Both the position numbers and the translations under genes were made by a program. Source: Mobula hypostoma (lineage: Eukaryota). From it: a stretch of 64,000 nt of DNA. The notes beneath the pieces were generated by a model. That model was not told the DNA's origin. It did not search any database and saw only the letters and a program-made list of their open reading frames with translations. The stretch spans positions 173,416,001-173,480,000 of the forward strand of contig NC_086097.1 of assembly GCF_963921235.1 (NCBI RefSeq), in the 5' to 3' direction. Positions 25,951 to 39,550 of this stretch are shown piece by piece; position 1 is the first letter of the stretch; the number at the start of each line of letters is the position of its first letter.

Positions 25951-27574
25951 CAGTGGTGCTAAAAAGTTTGTGAACCCTGTAGAATTTTCTCTATTTCTGC
26001 GTAAATATGACCTAAAATGTGATCAGATCTTCATGAGTCATAAAACTAGATGAAGTGAACCCAATTAAATAAACACAAAAAATATTATACTTGTTCATTT
26101 ATTTATTGAGAACAATGATCCAATATTACATGTATTTGTTGGAAAAAGTAGGTGAACCTCTGGAGTAATGCCTTCTACGAAAGCTATTTGGAGTCAGGTG
26201 TTCCAATCAATGCGATAAGATTGGAGGTGTGGGTTGTGGAAGTGCCCTGTCCTATTAAAAAAAGGGACACACAAAGTCCGGTTACTGACAGAGCCTGCTC
26301 TTCTCAAGAAAGGTCTGTTTATGTGCACCATGCCTCGATCAAAACAACTTCCAGAGGACCTTAGAAGAAGAATTTAGAGATGCACAAATTTGGAAAAGGC
26401 TACAAAAGCATTTCTAAAGACCTGAGTGTTCTTCAGTCCACAGTAAGAGAAATTATCCACAAATGGAGGAAACTCAATACTGTTGCTACTCTCCCTAGGA
26501 GTGGGCATCCTGCAAAGACCACACTAGCAGCACAATGTGCAAATGCTGAAGGAGGTAAAAAAGAACCCAAGAGTAACAACAAAAGACCAGCAGAAATCTC
26601 TACAACTTGTTAAAGTCTGTGTTGATGTGTTCACTTTAAGAAAAACACTGAACAAAAATGGTGTTCATGGAAGGACACCACAGAGGAAACCACTGCTATC
26701 AAAAAAAACATTACTGCATGTCTCTAGTTTGCAAAAGACCACCTGGATATTCTACAACACCTCTGGGACCATGTTCTATGGACAGATGAGACAAAAGTTG
26801 AACTTCTTCATAGCAATGCACATTGCTTTAGGTGGAGGAAAAAGGGCACTGCACACTAACACCCAAAACCTCACCCTAACTGTGAAGTATGGTGGAAGTA
26901 GCATCATAGTTTGGGGTGCTTTGCTGCCTCAGGGCCTGGACAGTTTGTAATCGTTGAGGGAACAATGAATTCAAAATTATATCAAAATATTTTTTTTTAC
27001 AGGAGAATGTCAGGGTAGCAGTCCGTCTCCTGAAGCTTAACAAAAGGTGGATAATGCAACAAGACAATGACCCGAAAGACGAGTAAATCAACAACAAAAC
27101 GGTTTAAAAAGAAAAAAAATCATGTTTTGGAATGGCCAAGTCAAAGTCCTGACCATAATCCTACAGAAATTTTGTGGAAGGACCTGAAGCAAGCAGTTCA
27201 TGAAAGGAAGCCCACAAACATCCCAGAGCTGAAGCAATTTTGTAAGGAGGAATGGCCTAAAATTCCTCTAAGCCGATATGCAGGACTGATCAACAGTTAC
27301 CAAAAATGCTTGATTGAAGTTATTGCTGTACAAGGGGGTCACAGCAGTTACTGAAAGCAAAGCTTCACATACTTTTTCCAACAAATAGGTGTAATATTGG
27401 ATCATTTTTCTCAATAAATAAATGAACAAATATAATATGTTTTGTGTTATTTATTCAACTGGGTTCTCTTTATCTAGTTTTAGGACTTATGTGAAGATCT
27501 GATCACAGTTTAGGTAATATTTATACAGAAATAGAGTAAATTCTACAGGATTCACAAACTTTCTAGCACAACTG
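25951..27574 (+). mobile_element. Full-length (1624 bp) Tc1 DNA transposon, Frog Prince-like, with long IR/DR-type TIRs
   Basis: TA TSD at 25949-50 and 27575-76. TIRs of about 210 bp (CAGTGGTGCTAAAAAGTTTGTGAACCCTGTAGAA / TTCTACAGGATTCACAAACTTTCTAGCACAACTG). Confidence 0.95.
26330..27354 (+). pseudogene. Tc1 DD34E-type transposase, frameshifted
   Basis: ATG at 26330 gives MPRSKQLPEDLRRRI. Fragments across several frames: GKGYKSISK, LPRSG, RKPLLSKK, TVKYGGSSIIVWG, QDNDP, WPSQSPDHNPTE, GGHSSY*. Confidence 0.9.
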
Positions 27575-27636
27575 TATGTCTTACCACTTCTAAAGCTGAT
27601 TGTTTCATTTACTAAGTGAAAATCAAACCAAAATAC

Positions 27637-27784
27637 CTGTTGCAGTTTTGGTTTTGACAGGACTACTGGCATATTCCGATGCTTGATTTGACTGCTGCAT
27701 TAGCAGAGGTGTGCTGCCAACAGATAACTCATCTTCTTTCTTCCTTGATGATGGCATTACTAACTGAACAGCTCCTGCAGACTG
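27637..27784 (-). CDS. VPS13B: Next internal coding exon of VPS13B (148 nt)
   Basis: Minus strand reads ...ttttctctttacAG|CAG TCT GCA...ACT GCA ACA G|GTattt. It translates QSAGAVQLVMPSSRKKEDELSVGSTPLLMQQSNQASEYASSPVKTKTAT, matching human QPVVAVPLVMPVCRRKEDEVSIGSAPLAKQQSYQASEYASSPVKTKTVT as recalled. No flanking exons were found, so the neighbouring introns probably extend past both window ends. Confidence 0.94.
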
Positions 27785-28764
27785 CTGTAAAGAGAAAAAT
27801 AAAACATCCAGCATTAGAATTAATTCACCCCAATTCAACTATAGCATAGCTAAAAGGCAGAGATACCTTCTCTCTGTCCCTAACATGTGCCTTAGTCATA
27901 AGTCACAAGAAGAATCCTCTGATAAGTCAGGATACACTTTCCTTCTCAGTTACCTTATGGCCTCCCCATTTAATATGACACACTTAATGCAATTATTGGT
28001 CTATTTTGCATTATAGGGTTCATATCTATATGTAAATGAGTTGAACATTGTCCAAACTTATTTTAAACTGGATCTTTGCAATTGACATTCAAAAAAAAGT
28101 TTCATTCCATAATTCTAGACCAGTTTCAATCGTACAATACAGACAGGAAAATGTTCAGCCTCTTTCAGTTCTAATGCATTCTTAATCTTCTGTGCTACAC
28201 GCTCTCAAATCCATTAAAGTACTTGTAAAGTTTACTTCCTTTTCAAAGCATTTGTTCATGCACTTTAATACTATTTTTTGTGGTTTAATATTTGTTCTTC
28301 AAAAATCCCACTGAACTTTTTATTATGCTAAAGATGCAAAATAAATACAAGATGGTATCTCTTTTAAAATGATTTCTCACTATGTTTTGATGAAATGTGT
28401 AATCCTTTTAATTATGGAGAGCAACAAAGACAATGGTCTCACGGAACTAATTCTGGTAGATATCAAGGCTTCAGATAGTCTGAGTATGTGCTTTGGAAAA
28501 CAATACAAAGAAATATTTCCCCTTATATAACTTAACACTTCATTAAAATGTTTTACACAATGAAATAGACTGACAATTTTGTGGTAACAATGTCCTACAA
28601 ACATAAGTAAAATGGTTAGCCATAATTTCTTTCTTCCGTCTTAGTAGTGGACAGGAAAATGCTGGCCAGCACATCTCAGATTCTCCTTCTCTCTTCGAAA
28701 ACGTCCTATTACATTGTCAAACAATCCCATTGCATTATCCATTCTACTACCTCACAAAATTAAC

Positions 28765-29125
28765 TGAATTTTTTTGAAGAAGTAACTAAGAGGATTGACA
28801 AGGGCAGGGTGGTAGATGTTCTCTACATGGACTAAAACTAAGATTTTGACTTGGTCATGCGTGGTAGACAAGTCCGGAAGGTCAGGTCACATGGGATCAG
28901 AGTTGAACTAGCAATCTGGGTACAAAATTGGTTTGGTAGAATGAGTCAGATTGTGATAGTGAAGGGCTGTTTTTCAGATTGGAGTCCTGTGACCAGTGGT
29001 GTGCCACAGAAATTGTTTCTGGGTTTCCAGCTATTTGCTATAAGTATAACGATTCAGATGAGCATGAAGGTGGCATGATTAATATGCTTGCAGATGACAC
29101 CAAAATTGGTGGTATGATAAATAGT
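28765..29125 (+). mobile_element. CR1 RT fragment, degraded
   Basis: FFEEVTKRIDKGRVVDVLYMD, SGVPQ and ADDTKIGG motifs. Confidence 0.75.
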
Positions 29126-29129
29126 GATT

Positions 29130-32100
29130 TAAGACCAGAAGACCATAAGATATAGGGGTAGAATTGGGCCATTGGGCCCATTGAGTCTGCTCTGCCATTT
29201 CATCATGGCTGATCCATTTTCCCTCTCAGCCCTGATCTCCTGCCTTTTCCCCATACCCTTCATGCCCTGATTAATCAACAATCTATCAACCTCTGCCTTA
29301 AATATACCCAATGACTTGGGCCCCCCCACAGCTGCCTGTGGCAATGATTTCCACAGGTTCCCCAACCTCCAGCTAAAGAAATCCCTCCTCATCTCCATTC
29401 TAAAAGGACGCTCCTTTATTCTGAGGATGTGTCCCCTGGTCTTAGACTCCCCCACCATAGGAAACGTCCTCTTCAAATCCACTCTACTAAGGCCTTTCAA
29501 CATTCGATAGGTATCAACGAGGTCATCCCTCATTCTTCTGAATTCCAGTGTGTAGAAACTCAGAGCCATCAAATATGCCTCATATGACAAGCCTTTCAAT
29601 CCTGGAATCATTTTTGTGAACCTTATTTCAACTCTCTCTAATATCAGTACACCCTGTCTTAAATAAGGGGTCCAAATCTGCTCACAATACTCAAGTGAGG
29701 CCTCACCAGTGCTATAATACAGTCTCAACATTACATCCTCGCTTTTACAGTGTATTCTAGTCCTCTTAAAATGAATGCTAACATCACATTTGCCTTCCTC
29801 ACCACAGACTCAACCTGCAAATTAACCTTTAGAGAATCCTGCATGAGGACTCCCAAGTCCCTTTGCACCTTAGAAAATAGTCAACCCTTTCATTTCTTCT
29901 GCAAAGAACATGACTATACACTTCTTAACACCATATTCCATCTGTACATCTTTGCCCATTCCCCTATTCTGTAGCCTTTCTACTTCCTCAAATCTACCTG
30001 CCTCTCTACCTATCTTCATACCGTCTGCAAACTTTGCAACAACGCCATCAATTCCATTATCCAAATCACTGACAGATAACATGAAAAGAATTGTTCCCAA
30101 CACAGACCCCTGTAGAACACCACAAATCACTGGCACCCAACCAGAAAAGGCATCCTTTATTTACACTCTTTGCTTCACCATAGACTCAATCTGCAAATTA
30201 ACCTACAGGGAATCCTACACAAGGACGCTGAAATACCTTTGCACCTCAGTTTTTTGTACTTTCTCTCCACTTAAAAAATAGTCGACCCTTTCACCTCTAC
30301 TACCAAAGTGTATGACCCCATGCACATCGCAACACTGTATTCTATCTGCCACTCCTTTGCCCATTCTCCTGATCTGACTAAGTCCTTCTGTAGCCTCTCT
30401 ACTTCCTTAAGACTACCTGCCCCTCCACCTGTCTTCGTATCATCCACAAACCTGGCCAGAAATCCATCAATTATGTCATCAAAGTTATTGACATATAATA
30501 AAAAGACTCCTGTGGAACACCACTAAGTCACTGGCAGCCAGATAGAAAAGGCTCCCTGTATTCCCACTTTTTGCCTCCTGCCAATCAGCCAGTGCTTTAT
30601 CCATACTAGCATCTTTCCTCCAATAGCATGGACTCTTAACTTGTTAAGCAGCCTCATGTGTTGCACCTTTTCAATGGCCTTCTGAAAATCTAAGTACACA
30701 ACATCCAGCGATTCTTCTTTGTCTATCCTGCTTGTTATTTCTTCAAAGGATCCAACAGATTTTTCAGGTAAGATATTCCCTGAAGTAAACCATGCTGACC
30801 ATGGCCTATTTTATCATGTGCCTCCAAGTAACCCAAAACCACAACCTTAATAATCAACTCCAACATCTTCCCAACTACTGAGGTCAGACGACCTCGCCTA
30901 TAATTTGCTTTCTTCTGCCCCCTCCCTTCTTGAAGAATAGAGTGACATTTGCAATTTTCCATTCCTCCAGAACCATGCCAGAACCAATTTAATCTTGAAA
31001 GATCATTAATAATGCCTCAACAATCTCTTCAGCCACCTCCTTCAGAACACTAGGGTGTACACCATCTGGTCCAAGTGACTTATCTAATTTCAGGCCTTTC
31101 AGTTTCCCAAGCACCTTCTCCCTAGTAATGGCAACTTCACACACCTTTGCCCCCTGACACTCTTGAACTTCCAGCATACTGCTAGTGTCTTCCACATTGG
31201 AGACCAACACAAACTACAAACCGGTGGCATTGACCTCCCACATCATGAAGACCCTGGAGAGACTTGTTCTGGAGCTGCTCCGGCCTATGGTCAGGCCACA
31301 CTTAGATCCCCTCCAGTTCGCCTACCAGCCCCGACTAGGAGTTGAGGATGCCATCGTCTACCTGCTGAACCGTGTCTACGCCCACCTGGAGAAGCCAGCG
31401 AGCACTGTGAGGGTCATGTTTTTTAACTTCTCCAGTGCGTTCAACACCATCCACCCTGCTCTGCTTGGGGAGAAGCTGACAGCGATGCAGGTGGATGCTT
31501 TCCTGGTGTCATGGATTCTTGATTACCTGACTGGCAGACCACAGTACGTGTGCTTGCAACACTGTGTGTCCGACAGAGTGATCAGCAGCACTGGGGCTCC
31601 ACAGTGAACTCCCTTGTCTCCCTTTCTCTTCACCATTTACACCTCAGACTTCAACTACTGCACAGAGTCTTGTCATCTTCAGAAGTTTTCTGATGACTGT
31701 CATAGTGGATGCATCAGCAAGGGAGATGAGGCTGAGTACAGGGCTACGGCAGGAAACTTTGTCACATGGTGTGAGCAGAATTATCTGCAGCTTAATGTGA
31801 AAAAGCCTAAGGAGCTGGTGGTAGACCTGAGGAGAGCGAAGGTACCGGGGACCCCTGTTTCCATCTAGGGGGTCACTGTGGACATGGTGGAGGATTACAA
31901 ATACCTGGGGATACGAATTGACAATAAACTGGACTGGTCAAAGAACAGTGAGGCTGTCTACAAGAAGGGTCAGAGCCGTCTCTATTTCCTGAGGAGACTG
32001 AGGTCCTATAACATCTGCCGGACGATGCTGAGGATGCACTACGAGTCTGTGGTGGCCAGTGCTATCATGTTTGCTGTTGTGTGCTGGGACAGCAGGCTGA

Positions 32101-33395
32101 GGGTAGCAGACACCAACAGAATCAACAAACTCATTCGTAAGGCCAGTGATATTGTGGGGATGGAACTGGACTCTCTCACGGTGGTGTCTGAAAAGAGGAT
32201 GCTGTCCAAGTTGCATGCCATCTTGGACAATGTCTCCCATCCACTACATAATGTACTGGTTGGGCACAGGAGTACATTCAGCCAGAGACTCATTCCACCG
32301 AGATGCAGCATTGAGCATCATAGGAAGTCATTCCTGCTTGTGGCCATCAAACTTTACAACTCCTTCCTTGGAGGGTCAGACACTCTGAGCCAATAGGCTG
32401 GTCCTGGACTTATTTCCTGGCATAATTTACATATTACTATTTAACTATTTATGGTTTTATTACTATTTAATTATTTATGGTGCAACTGTAACGAAAACCA
32501 ATTTCCCCCAGGGTCAATAAAGTATGACTATGACTATGACTAAACTGCTTTTTCAGTTCATCCACCTTTTCCTTCACCCCCATCACTACCTCACCAGTAT
32601 CATTTTCCAATGGTCCAATATCTACTCTCGCCTCTCTTTTATACTTTATGTATCTGAAGAAACTTGTGCTATCTTCTTTAATATTATTCCCTAACTTACC
32701 TTCGTATTCCATCTTTTCCTTCTTAATAACTTTTTCAGTTGCCCTCTGTTTTTAAAGGCTTCCCAATCCTCTAATGTCCCACTAATTTTTGCTCTAATAT
32801 ATGCTCTTCCTTTGTTGGGTTTGACTTCTCTTGTCAGCCACAGGTGCATCATCCTGCCTTTGGAATACTTCATCCTTTTTAGGATGTATATATCCTGCAC
32901 CTTTTAAATAGCTCACAAAAATTCCTGCCATTGTTGCTTTGCCATCATCCCTAGCAGTGTTCTTTTCCAATCAATTTTGGCCGGCTCCTCTCTCATGTCT
33001 CTGTAAGTCCCTTTATTCCACTGTAATACTACTTTAGCATCTTCTCAGATTGTAAGCTTAATTCTATCATATTATCATCACAAGCCCCTCGGGGTTCTTT
33101 TACCTTAAGCTGTCTAATCAATTCTGGTTCATTGCACAACACCCAATCCAGAATTGCATTTGTCCCATGAGTTCAACCACAAGCTGCTCTAAAAGGCCAT
33201 ATCACAGGCATTACAGAAACTCCCCCTCTTGGTATCCAGTGCCAAGCTGATTTTCCCTATCTACCTGCATATTGAAATCCTCCATGACAATCGTAACATC
33301 GCCCTTTTGGCATGCATTTTCTACCTTCTATTGTAATTTGTAGACTACATCTTTACTCCTGTTTGGGGGCCTGTATAAATCTCCCAGCAGGGTCT
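29130..33395 (-). mobile_element. Long CR1 LINE (endonuclease to 3' tail), degraded, interrupted by Rex1 at 31197-32541
   Basis: Colinear ORF pieces 32691-32900, 32467-32712, 30989-31210 (KSLGPDGVHP), 30735-30962, 29870-30136 (GVLQGSVLG, KFADG) and 29129-29731. Region 29790-30080 is repeated at 30170-30480. Confidence 0.88.
31197..32541 (+). mobile_element. Rex1 LINE, 5'-truncated and relatively young, with (GACTAT)n tail
   Basis: ORFs 31185-32396 give YKPVALTSHIMKTLERL, DPLQFAYQ, FSSAFNTI, TGAPQ, KFSDD and YKYLG. AATAAA is followed by gtatgactatgactatgacta. The same tail recurs at about 62977-63135 (-). Confidence 0.92.
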
Positions 33396-33399
33396 TTAT

Positions 33400-34995
33400 A
33401 CAAGCAACACACACAAAATGCCAGAGGAACTCAGCAGGCCAGGCTACATCTGTGGAAAAGAGTAAACAGTCGATGTTTTGGTTGAGACCCTTCATTGGAA
33501 CTGGGGAAGAAAGATGAGAAGTCAGAGTAAGAAGGCGGGGGAGGGGTTAAAGAAGTACAAGGTGCTAGATGATAGGTCAAAGCGGGGTGAAGTAAAGAGC
33601 CGGAAGTCGATTGGTGAAAGAGATAAAAGGACTGGAAAAGGGGGAATCTGATAGGAGAGGACAAAAGGCCTTGGAAGAAAGCGAAGGGGAAGAGCACCAG
33701 AAGAATGTGATGGGCAGGTGAAGGGCGATAAGGAGAGAGAGGGAAATAGGAATGCAAAGTTGTGAAGGGGGGGGGGGTGAGGCCAATACCAGAAGTTCAT
33801 GCCATCAGGTTGGAAGCTACCCATACAGAATATAAGGTGTTGCTCCTCCACCCTAAGTGTAGCCTCATCACAACAGTGGAGGAGCCATGGACTGACATGT
33901 CAGAATGGGAATGGGAATTAAAATGGGTGGCCATTGGGAGATCCCACTTTTTCTGGTGGACAGAGCATAGGTGCTTGGCGAAGCAGTCTCCCAATCTATG
34001 TCGGGACTCAATGATAATCAGGAGGCCACACTGGGAGCACTGGATACAGTATATGACACCAAAAGACTCACAGGCGAACAGTTGCCTCACCTGGAAGGAC
34101 TGTTTGGGGCCCTGAACGGTAGTGAGGGAGGGGGTGTAGGGGCAGGTGTAGCACTTATTCCGCAAGGATAAGTGCCATGAGGGAGATCAGTTGGGAAGAA
34201 TGAAAGGGCAAGGGAATCCTGTGGGAAGCGATCCCTGCAGAAAGCAGAAAGTAGGAGGGAGGAAAGGATATGCTTAGTGGTAGGATGCCATTGAAGATGG
34301 TGGAAGTTGTAGAGAATTATGTGCTGGACACAGAGGCTGGTGGGGTAGTAGGTGAGGACAAGAGTTTCCCTATCCCTGGTGGGGTGCTGGGGGGATGGGG
34401 TGAGAGCAGACATGCGTGAAATGGAAGAGATGCAGTTGAGGACAGCTTTGATGGTGGAAGAAAGGAATACCCTTTCTTTGAAGAAGGAGGACATCTCCTT
34501 CATTCTGGAATGGAAAGCCTCCTCCTGAGAGCAGATGCAGCACAGATGGAGGAAATGAGAGAAGGGGATGGCATTTTTACAAGTAACAGGGTGCAAAGAG
34601 GTAAAGTCCAGATAGCTGTGAGAGTCCGTGGGTTTATAAAAGACATCAGTGGATCAGCTGTCTCCAGAGATAGAGACAGAGAGATCGAGAAAGGGGAGAA
34701 AGGTGTCAGAAATCGACCAGGTAAATTTCAGGTCAGGGTGGAAGCTGGAAGCAAAGTTGATAAAGTTGATGACCTCCACATGGATGCAGGAAGCAGCACC
34801 AATGTAGTCATTGATGTGGCATAGGAAAAGTTGGGCAGTAGTAGCAGTGTAGGCTTGGAACACAGACTGTTCCATATAGCTGACAAAAAGACAGGCATAG
34901 CTGGGACCATTGTGAGTGCCCATGGCTACAATCTTGTTTGAAGGAAGTGGAAGGAGCTGAAGGAGAAATTATTGAGAGTGAAGATCAGTTCTGCC
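33400..34995 (-). mobile_element. Penelope-like element, degraded copy of the 10320 family
   Basis: ORFs 34654-34923 (MGTHNGPSYAC), 34087-34596 and 33797-34165 (VIYCIQCSQCG). Tail has a decayed hammerhead at 33467-33504. Confidence 0.88.
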
Positions 34996-35181
34996 AAACA
35001 CAGAAAAAAATCACTGCCAAGACTCCATCAATCACTTCCCTTGCCTCCCATAACACTTTAGGATACACCTGGTCAGATCCTGATGATTTATTCAACTTTA
35101 TGCATTTCAAGAACTCTAACACCTCCTCCTTTGTAAAGCTGATATGCTCCTGGATATCACTTGACTCCCCTGGATGCACTA

Positions 35182-35710
35182 CATTCAGTAGCCACTATAC
35201 TACGTTCCTTCTGTACCGAATGAAGTGGACACTGAGTGTATGTCCATGGTCTTCTGCAGCTGTAGCCCATCCACTTCAAGGTCTGGCGTGTTCTGCATTC
35301 ACAGGTGCTCATCTGCACTCTACTACTGAAACGCATGGGTACTATTCCCTTCCTATCAGTTTAAACCAGTCTGGCCATTCTCCTCTGACTTCTCTCATTT
35401 TTTTCCCCCACAGAACTGCCGCTCACTAGAATATTTTTGTTTTTCATACCATGCTCTGCAACATTAGAGACTATTGTGCATGAAAGTTCCAGGAGATCAG
35501 CGGTTTCTGAGATACTCAAACCACCCTGTCTGACAGCGACAATCATTTCACGGTCAGAATCACTTAGATCATATTTCTACCCCATTCTGACATTTGGTCT
35601 AAACAACAAGTCTGCATGTTTTTATACGTTGAGTTTCTGGCACATGATTGTCTGATTATATATTTGCATTAACGAGCATACAAAGTACCCAATATAGTGA
35701 CCACTGAGTG
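35182..35710. mobile_element. Tc1/mariner-derived MITE inserted in a CR1 fragment
   Basis: TA|CATTCAGTAGCCACTAT ... ATAGTGACCACTGAGTG|TA. A second copy is at about 38866-39550. Confidence 0.75.
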
Positions 35711-36549
35711 TAACTTCCATGACCTTCTCCATAGTAAATAGATGTGACAAATATTCACTTAGGACCAAAGCCATTTTCTGCAATTCCACACAAGGATCAC
35801 CAATTTGTTTTTTAAGGAGACCTAGACTCTCCCAAGCTTGTGTGACACCTAATTGAAGGTCTTTGTTAGTCCACATACACAACATTAACTGGTTCCTCCT
35901 TATTTATTCTGTCAGCTGCAAACTCACAAAAGCTCTATATTTATCAAACATGATTTCACTTTTGTACATTTGTGTTGATTCCATCCAATTCTATTACTAT
36001 TGTCTGTCTATGTTGCACTTACTAATAAAGATTCTAGCATTTTCCCTACCATCATATTAAGTTATGGATGAAAGCAGAGGAAATGAGACAGCCGGATTCA
36101 AGGGCAATGTACCATAAGGCTGGTTAAAAAAACTGCAATTCAGAGACACATTGATTAAGTCATGAGAGGATTCTGGATTTGCAATGAATTAGTCTTCAAA
36201 GTGGATGATGACAGAAGAGGAAGCAAGATTGCAACCAGGATGATTCAGGAACAAGCAAAGAAAATGAAGCTCTTATTAGTTGCAGTTTCAGAATGAGAGG
36301 CAAGTCAATTCAAGTTTCTGCTAAGATTGACCACTAATATGATATTTACTTCAAGTTTCATTATCATTCAACCATACATGAATACCCATGAAAACAGACA
36401 CACAAAACAGCATTCCTCCAGGGCCAAGGTGAAAAACACAGTACCAACAGTCATCCACAGCACATAGAAGATAGCAAGTAAACAAACAGTCACACAAAAA
36501 TATACTTAAAAAACAATTGAAGAACAGAAGATCAGTGTTCACCCAACAC

Positions 36550-37052
36550 TAGGGTTGCCAACTGTCCCGTATTTGCCGAGACATCCTGTATACTGGGCTA
36601 TATTGGTTTGTCCCATACGGAACCGCCCTTGTCCCGTATTTCCCCCAATAAGGTAGAGCATTCCTATGAAACCTTTCGTGCCGAAATGGCGTAAAGCAAA
36701 GAAGCAATTGCCATTAATTTATATGAGAAAAATTTTTGAGCATTCCCAGGCCCAAAAAATAACCTACCAAATCATACCAAATAACACATAAAATCTAAAA
36801 CAACACTAACATAGAGTAAAAGCAGGAATGATATGATAAATATACAGCCTATATAAAGTAGAAATAATGTATGTATAATCAGGAAGATTAAGCCAAAATC
36901 GATTTGTGGAAAATAAACTGGCACACATGCGCACAGAGGTGCCCACGCAAGGCTTCATGGTCATGGTAGTCTTTCTTGGGGTAAGCTCAAGTGTCCCGTA
37001 TTTGACTGCTACTTTTGTCCCTTATTTGGGAGTGAGAAAGTTGGCAACCCTA
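36550..37052. mobile_element. hAT (Ac-like) MITE
   Basis: TIRs TAGGGTTGCCAACT / AGTTGGCAACCCTA and subterminal tgtcccgtattt repeats. TSD not clear. Confidence 0.8.
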
Positions 37053-37670
37053 AGCAAAATACACAAAATGCTGGTGGAACGCAGCAGGCCAGACAGTATC
37101 CATAGGAAGAAACACAGTCGACGTTTTGGGCCGAGACCCTTCGTCAGGACGAACTGAAAGAAAAGATAGTAAGAGATTTGAAAGTGGGAGGGGGAGGGAG
37201 AGATCCGAAATGGGAGAAGACAGGAGGGGGAGGGATAGAGCTAAGAGCAGGAAAGTTGATTGGCAAAAGGGATACAAGGCTGGAGAAGAGAGAGGATCAT
37301 GGGAAGGGAGGCCAAGGGAAAAAGAAAGGGGGAAGGGAGCGCCAGAGGAAGATGAAGAGCAGGCAAGGAGTTATTGTGAGAGGGACAGAGAGAGAAAAGA
37401 GAGAGAGAGAAAAAAGGGAAAAAATAATAATAATAAATAAATAAAGGATGGGGTAAGTACGGGAGGAGGGGCATTAACGGAAGTTAGAGAGATCAATGTT
37501 CATGCCATCAGGTTGGAGGCTACCCAGACGGAATATGAGGTGTTGTTCCTCTAACCTGAGTGTGGCTTCATCTTGACAGTAGAGGAGGCCGTGGATAGAC
37601 ATATCAGAATGGGAATGGGACGTGGAATTAAAATGTGTGGCCACTGGGAGATCCTGCTTTCTCTGGCAGT
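37053..37670 (-). mobile_element. Penelope-like element 3' fragment (GIY-YIG C-terminus and tail)
   Basis: ORF 37474-37680 gives DLPVATHFNS..RLEEQHLIFRLGSLQPDGMNIDLSNF; tail matches the other PLE copies. Confidence 0.88.
37115..37150 (-). ncRNA. Minimal hammerhead motif, best-preserved stems, with one core substitution
   Basis: Minus strand GTC-CTGACGA-A-GGGTCTCGGCCC-AAAA-C-GTC-GAC; GAAA has become AAAA. Confidence 0.65.
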
Positions 37671-38865
37671 CAGTATTCATTCACATTTTGAATCTTTATC
37701 CTATTATTCTGTTGGTTGGGTTCTCTAACTAAAGGCAAAATCAAGTAATGAAGGTAATAAAAGAGAGCAAGAGCTCCTATAAAATAAAGGTATTCAGCTT
37801 GTGTTTTCAGGAATAAAGCAGAAACTACAAAAGTCAAGGCTATTAAGAACAGATGCTCTATAAATGTAGATGACCTGTCAAGAAATTATTGAGGCAAATC
37901 TATACTATAAGTAAAATATGAAAGATGATAATGCTTGAAGAAATGATTACTTCATGCATCATAGGATAGTTTGAAGCAATTCATGAAAGTAATAATATTT
38001 GTAGTCATAAAAAATAGAAGGGAAAAAAGGGAAACATTCACTAAAGTTACAATCCAATTGCTTACATGACCCCAGATCATTCTTGTAAACCCAGAAGAAA
38101 AGGCATAAATTACCTTTCTGTTATTCTTCACTGAAGTAATGCCAGAAGATTGGGAGGACTTTCAGATTTAGACCATTTATCAACATATCAATCACATTTC
38201 ACAACAATATAAACTAAAGACCTTGTGATAATTTCTTGCTATTAAGTGGACTTTCCAACAGCTCAGTGACTTTAAATATGGAGATAATTAAGACACACAC
38301 GCCACGGCAATCTAGGTGCCATCTTCATACGGTAGCAGAAAGAACATGGCCAACATAAAATGTTACTGCAATAACACAGTAGTCCATGAAACATAAGGTA
38401 AAGAAGCAGAAGGAAATTATTCCATCCATTGAGTCTGCTCCACCATTCAATCATAGCAGATTTTTAAATCCCATTCTCCCATCATCTCCCCATAACCCCT
38501 AAGCACTTTACCAATCAAGGCCCTATCAAACTCTGCTTTAAACATACCCTTCCCATGTTTATCAATGCACCACAGAAAGCATCCTATCTCAAAGCATATT
38601 GGGTTGTTATGACAGCTGCTCTGCACATGACTAATAGAAACTGCAGAGAGTTGTGGACACAGCTCAGCAGATCACGGAAACTGGCCTACTCTCCATGGAC
38701 TCTGTCTATAATTCTCGCAGACAGCATAATCAAAGATCCCACCCACCCTCAACATTCTCCCTTCTTCTCTCTCCCATTGGGCAGAAGATACAAAAGCCTG
38801 AAACACATACCACCAAGCTCAAGGACAGCTTTTACCTCACTGTAATTAGACTCTTGAATACTCTG

Positions 38866-39550
38866 TGTGCACTCTATTAGCTCTGTACTTAATAAACTGG
38901 CCACTGAGTGTGTGCTCATGGTATTCTGCTACTATAACCCATCTACCTCAAGGTTCAACATGTGTGTTCAGAGATGCTCCTCTGCACACCACTGTTGCAA
39001 TCAGTAGTTATTTGAGTTACTGTCATCTTCCTGTCAGCTTGAACTAGTCTGGCCATTCTCCTCTGACCCCCTTCAGTAAGAATTTATGATTTATAATTTA
39101 AATTTTTAATATTTACTATCGATTTGAAATCCAGGGAGTGGGAAGCGCAGAATCAAATATCATTATGATAATTGTACGTTCTAGTATCAATTGTTTGGCG
39201 ACAATAAAGTATAAAGTAAAGGAAAGGTGTCTTTGCTCATAGAACTGCTGCTCACTGGATGTTTCCCTTTGCCTTTTGCACCATTCTAAGTAAACTCTAG
39301 AGACTGTTGTACATGAAAATCCCAGGAGATCAGCATCTCTGAGATGCTCAAACCACCTTGACTGGCACCATGGTCAAAGTTACTTGGATCACATTTCTTC
39401 CCCATTCTGATGTTTGGTCTGAACAGCAACTGAACCTCTCGACCATGTCTGGATGCCTTCATGCATTGAGTTTCTGCCACATGATTGGCTGATTAGATAT
39501 TTGCATTAATAAGCAGTTGTACAGATATACCTTAGAAAGAGGCCATTATA
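38866..39550. mobile_element. Second copy of the Tc1/mariner-derived MITE, with a small insertion at about 39085-39218
   Basis: Colinear with 35182-35710 (ggccattctcctctgac, ccaggagatcagc, cacatgattggctgattagatatttgcattaa). Confidence 0.7.

Noticed and set aside
1..27600. Search for the next VPS13B exon (human ..EERMKEFIGIVWNAVK.. as recalled)
   Set aside because: No matching minus-strand codons seen by eye. It is probably outside the window; TBLASTN should confirm.
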